Part shown: positions 60,358-64,000 of the stretch, in pieces | Layout of the letters: every line of letters begins with the position of its first letter | Position numbering within the stretch: the stretch's first letter is position 1 | NCBI GenBank assembly: GCA_036172245.1 | Contig: JAYWIR010000003.1 | Coordinates: 2,108,001 to 2,172,000, forward strand | Origin: Raillietiella orientalis | Lineage: Eukaryota | Direction of reading: 5' to 3' | DNA length: 64,000 nt | Notes under the pieces: generated by a model | What the model was told of the DNA's origin: nothing | Seen by the model: only the letters and a program-made list of their open reading frames with translations | Databases searched by the model: none | Translations under genes and position numbers: made by a program

Positions 60358-63300
60358 ATGACGTGCGCAGGAAGCGCCCGCAGCCAGGGATTTTTTTATT
60401 TATTTTTATTCTTACCCCCCTTTCTTTCTCCCGCTTTTTCTTTTTCTTCTTTTTTGTTTCCCTTTCGGTTTCCTTGGCTACGGATTTTTCTGTGCTGGTG
60501 CTTTCCTGGCCGGCCCTGAAGTCGGGAGTCTTCTCAGAGTCGTCAGCGTCGTACCGACCTGAAGTCGCGAAGAGCAGTCGAAGGTCTCCTCGTCCATGGC
60601 TGCCACGGAAGTCTTCGCGGCACGGATCACTCCGGCATGGACACGGGCAGCGCCTCTCCTTGAGCCAGGAGCCACTGGAAAGGAAAAGGTCGATGTACGG
60701 ATCACTTCGAGACCGATGCTGCTGTAACGCCCTCCGGCGAGCCTTCCCCAGGAACCACTGGGGCGACTAGTGAACAGGGAGGCGAAGGCGGAACGAAGCT
60801 TGGGGTGGATGACAGGCCGCGTTCCTCATCTTCCGGTCCGAGGCAGGCTCGTTCGAGCGGCCCGGCGAAAATCCTTTGGGCAGCACGGCGGCCCCGTGTC
60901 GCTCTCTCGCGGAACGCGTCCACGGTGCCGCGTTTCGTGGACCAAGGCAGAGAACCGCGGCTGCTTCTTTGAGGCCTCCCTGGCGAGAAGGGAGCTGAGC
61001 GCTTCACTCCGCGTTGTCCGGGTTCGAGGGTCGAGAGAGACCGTCTTGACCTCTTGCTGGGGCACGCCGGGATCGCTGCTTTTCGCAAGCCGCACGTTGC
61101 GATGAATTTTCTGCGGCACAGCGTATCAGCCAGGTGGACACTCTTTTTTGAAGACCGCTCGGCGGGTAGTCAGTCGGTACTGCACGGGAGATGCAGCTGC
61201 TACACCTTCGAATGTGGAATTCGCATCCGTGCCGTTCAGCTACCTTCCCGCTCCGAGTTGCTGGCAACTCAGGAAACACGGCAAAGTTTTAATGCATACC
61301 GTTAGGGAAGGATCGACGATGGGTCTGCCCAAAGCCACAGGGTGGCCTCTGTGAGGTGGTCCTGCCCTCTCTGAGGGCAGAACTGGGGGGAAGTGGAAGG
61401 AGAGAAGGGAGAGCCAATGAGTAAATAATTAAATACGCAATGGGGTGGACCGACCTCGTGGTACTGGACATGATTCCCGAGGGCTTGCATCGGGCAGGGA
61501 AGAGATGGAGAAGAGGAGTGCCTTCACCGTGGTGTCGGGTTATTCTGCCTACAGTCGTCTCACACCTCGTGCGTCCTCCATGTTGCTGTGGAAAGGCACA
61601 AGAACCAAAGTCCTTCTGATGCGCCGTGCGCAGTTCCTCACCGTCTGCCATCAGATGTGGAAAGCGTGGGCATCTCGATCGATCCGCAACTGTGAACCGA
61701 AGCCACAGGATGGGTAGGTGAGGAGATGTTCAAAGAGGCCGGAGGCAAAGTTTCTTTCAGGATACCCATGAGGGTCTTTCGCGAGCGCGTCATCGAGCAG
61801 GAATGCCCTGCGTCCACGCTGCGAGGCTTCTTTGTGCATCCGAGGCAAACTTGCCTGAGATGAAAAACTGCCAGCTTGAGATTTCATTGCCAGGTCCTCT
61901 GAGGCTTGCCAAGCGCTTCAAGGCTTCGTCGGGTCCACGAGAGGGGAGGCAAATCACGGGAGCTCTGGGAGTTCCAAGACTCCCCGCACAGCCTCGAGCG
62001 CGTTCCGATGAGATCGTTTGTCTGCCGAACAAAAAAGTCCGCTTCTTAGCAAAAGCGGAATCGAATGGACCGAATTCACGAGACGGGCTGTCATGGAAAA
62101 CTACCAGGAAGAAGATGTTTCTCCTGAGTTCACCTGGGGGTGGACCTGCAAGGGAAGTGAGGACTTGTCTTGGATCCAGGGCACTTTTCCATCCGGGGAA
62201 GCTGAGCAAGCGTTCTTAGTTTGCAGCAGAGTTCTCACCCAGGAGTCGTTTCGCTTCAGAGATCCAAGGCGAGAAACGAAGTGGAATTTCACTCCTTCTT
62301 AGGTAGGGGAATCTAGGGGAATCCGAGGAAGAACTGGATCGCGCAGAGAAGAGCTCAAATCAAACCGACTAAGAACACGCGAAAAAAAGGTTCCCAGAAG
62401 AGGATGCGATACGAAGCCTGCTGCTCCATTGGGGAAAAATCTGCAAGGCTCCGATTGCTTTGCTGGAACGCCTCACGCTGCCATCTTCAGCTTGCTAAGC
62501 GACAATGAGAATGCCCTCAGAGAAACTCTGAATGCCAGGAACTCCAATAGGTGTTGAAAGCTTCAATGGCTCTCCTGGCTCTCCGTTCGCAAACAGGAGC
62601 ATGAAAGCCGTGTCCTCGTGACGAATTTTCTGGACTCCGAATTCTCCCAGAGCCTGTCTTGCTCCTCTTGGCACCGAATCCTCCGATGCCTGTTTTCTTC
62701 CAAATACATCTTGTTCCTTAGATGCTATGAAGGGCTCTCTGATGATCGATAGATGTCCTTGTGGTTCTTGCGGACACTCGGAAGTTGCCTTCCCACAAGG
62801 CAGCTTTTAAGAGCTCTCGATGTCCTTTCAAACTTCCTTGGTTGTCTTCAGCCACCAACAGCCGCAGTCTGTTTCCAAGCTGCCCCATAATCACAAATAC
62901 ACTCCAGAATGTTCATGCTGCCGGAAGGCATGAACACTCGACATAAATATTTGACAGCTTTCAGTGTTTATTTTTAGCATTAGACAATATTCCACATGTT
63001 TCGTCATTCTTGAATTTTCTTTAAAAGAATGCGAGCTTGTGCTAAAGAAACGGGTTGTACTGTGGTTGATGGTGGATTCGCTCACCGAAGTTGTAATGCC
63101 GGGACAGTCTCTGGTAAATGGTGCTGCAGTTTTCAGCTGAAGTTTCGAGGGATCTTGGCAGCTCTTCGCCTCCCCACGGTTGCTAGTCCTTTCTGTGCAG
63201 TCCACCATTCTGCGTTCCCGAGCTGGGGGATCGTTCTCTGCATGCAGAAGACACCCTTGCATCAGGAAGACACCCAGACTCCGACGAGCACAGTGAGCGG

Positions 63301-64000
63301 AAGCCCCAAAGATTTGTCGAGGCTCCCTTTATCACGAGTTGTGGCTCATTTCTCCATTCTCGCCACTTTGATTCACTGCTCCCCCGTTTTTCGTGTTTTG
63401 AGGCGGCTGTTCGTTGCACGTGCTCCTTGATGGGAATGATTTAAAAAATGATCCGCCATTTGTCGCTTGATCCAGCAGCATGTCCTTCTGGAAAGGTTCC
63501 CGGTTCTCCCTAAAACTCAAGGTTCGGAAATGAGGAAAAACGCGTGTCCCTTGCAGGTGAAATTTTTCGAACGTGCACCCCACACGCTGGGGAAATTTTC
63601 GTCGTGAGATTGGATGCCCTGCCATCCGTATTTTGACGTCCCAAAGATAAGATTTGATGTCTCGATTTGAGGTTTCGTCAGATGTCATTTCCGAGAATCC
63701 ACGGAGGACTTGTTTGGAGGCCGGTGTTGGCTCGACATCGCTCCAAAGATGCTTTCTCTTATCCAGACTGTTTCTTTTCTTCGGAATAAAATATTCAAAG
63801 TGGCTTTTTCTTTTAAAAAACAAAAAGAACAAAAAAAGAATTCAAAAACGAGCAAACTGAAGAATATAAAACATGTAAAGAATCTAAAAATAAAACAAGC
63901 ATCCATGTCGGAGGGAGAGTCGTTTCTAGAAATCATCTCAGACACGATGAAGACATTTGTCTCAGGAACGAAAGGGTATGAAAGATGAGGCTAGTCTGTT

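Overview
GC-rich, CpG-rich eukaryotic (most likely arthropod) genomic DNA, probably from a Hox cluster. The only protein-coding gene I can support is a two-exon Deformed/Hox4 orthologue on the + strand: exon 1 CDS 28020-28755 (MSSFL...VDPKFPPDEEYSQNSYIP N-terminus, YPWM hexapeptide), an 11,983-bp phase-1 GT-AG intron, and exon 2 CDS 40739-41211 (Hox4 homeodomain, LPNTK parapeptide, [10 protein letters not shown]-terminus). The predicted protein is 402 aa. The rest appears non-coding, and the other ORFs look like GC-rich or antisense shadow frames. The non-coding DNA is structured. It holds several GC-rich islands with clustered Hox/Exd(Pbx)/Hth(Meis)-type motifs, a CCAAT + E-box module just upstream of the Dfd ATG, CTCF-like motifs and long purine/pyrimidine tracts. 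It also holds two perfect 17-18 bp palindromes, several degenerate local duplications, a ~99% identical 968-bp element present both upstream of and inside Dfd, and a twice-repeated 146-bp intronic element that folds into stacked hairpins with a possible pseudoknot on the sense strand. I did not see miR-10, miR-993, another homeobox, a transposase/RT ORF or a CRISPR array by eye. All regulatory calls are motif-based inferences.
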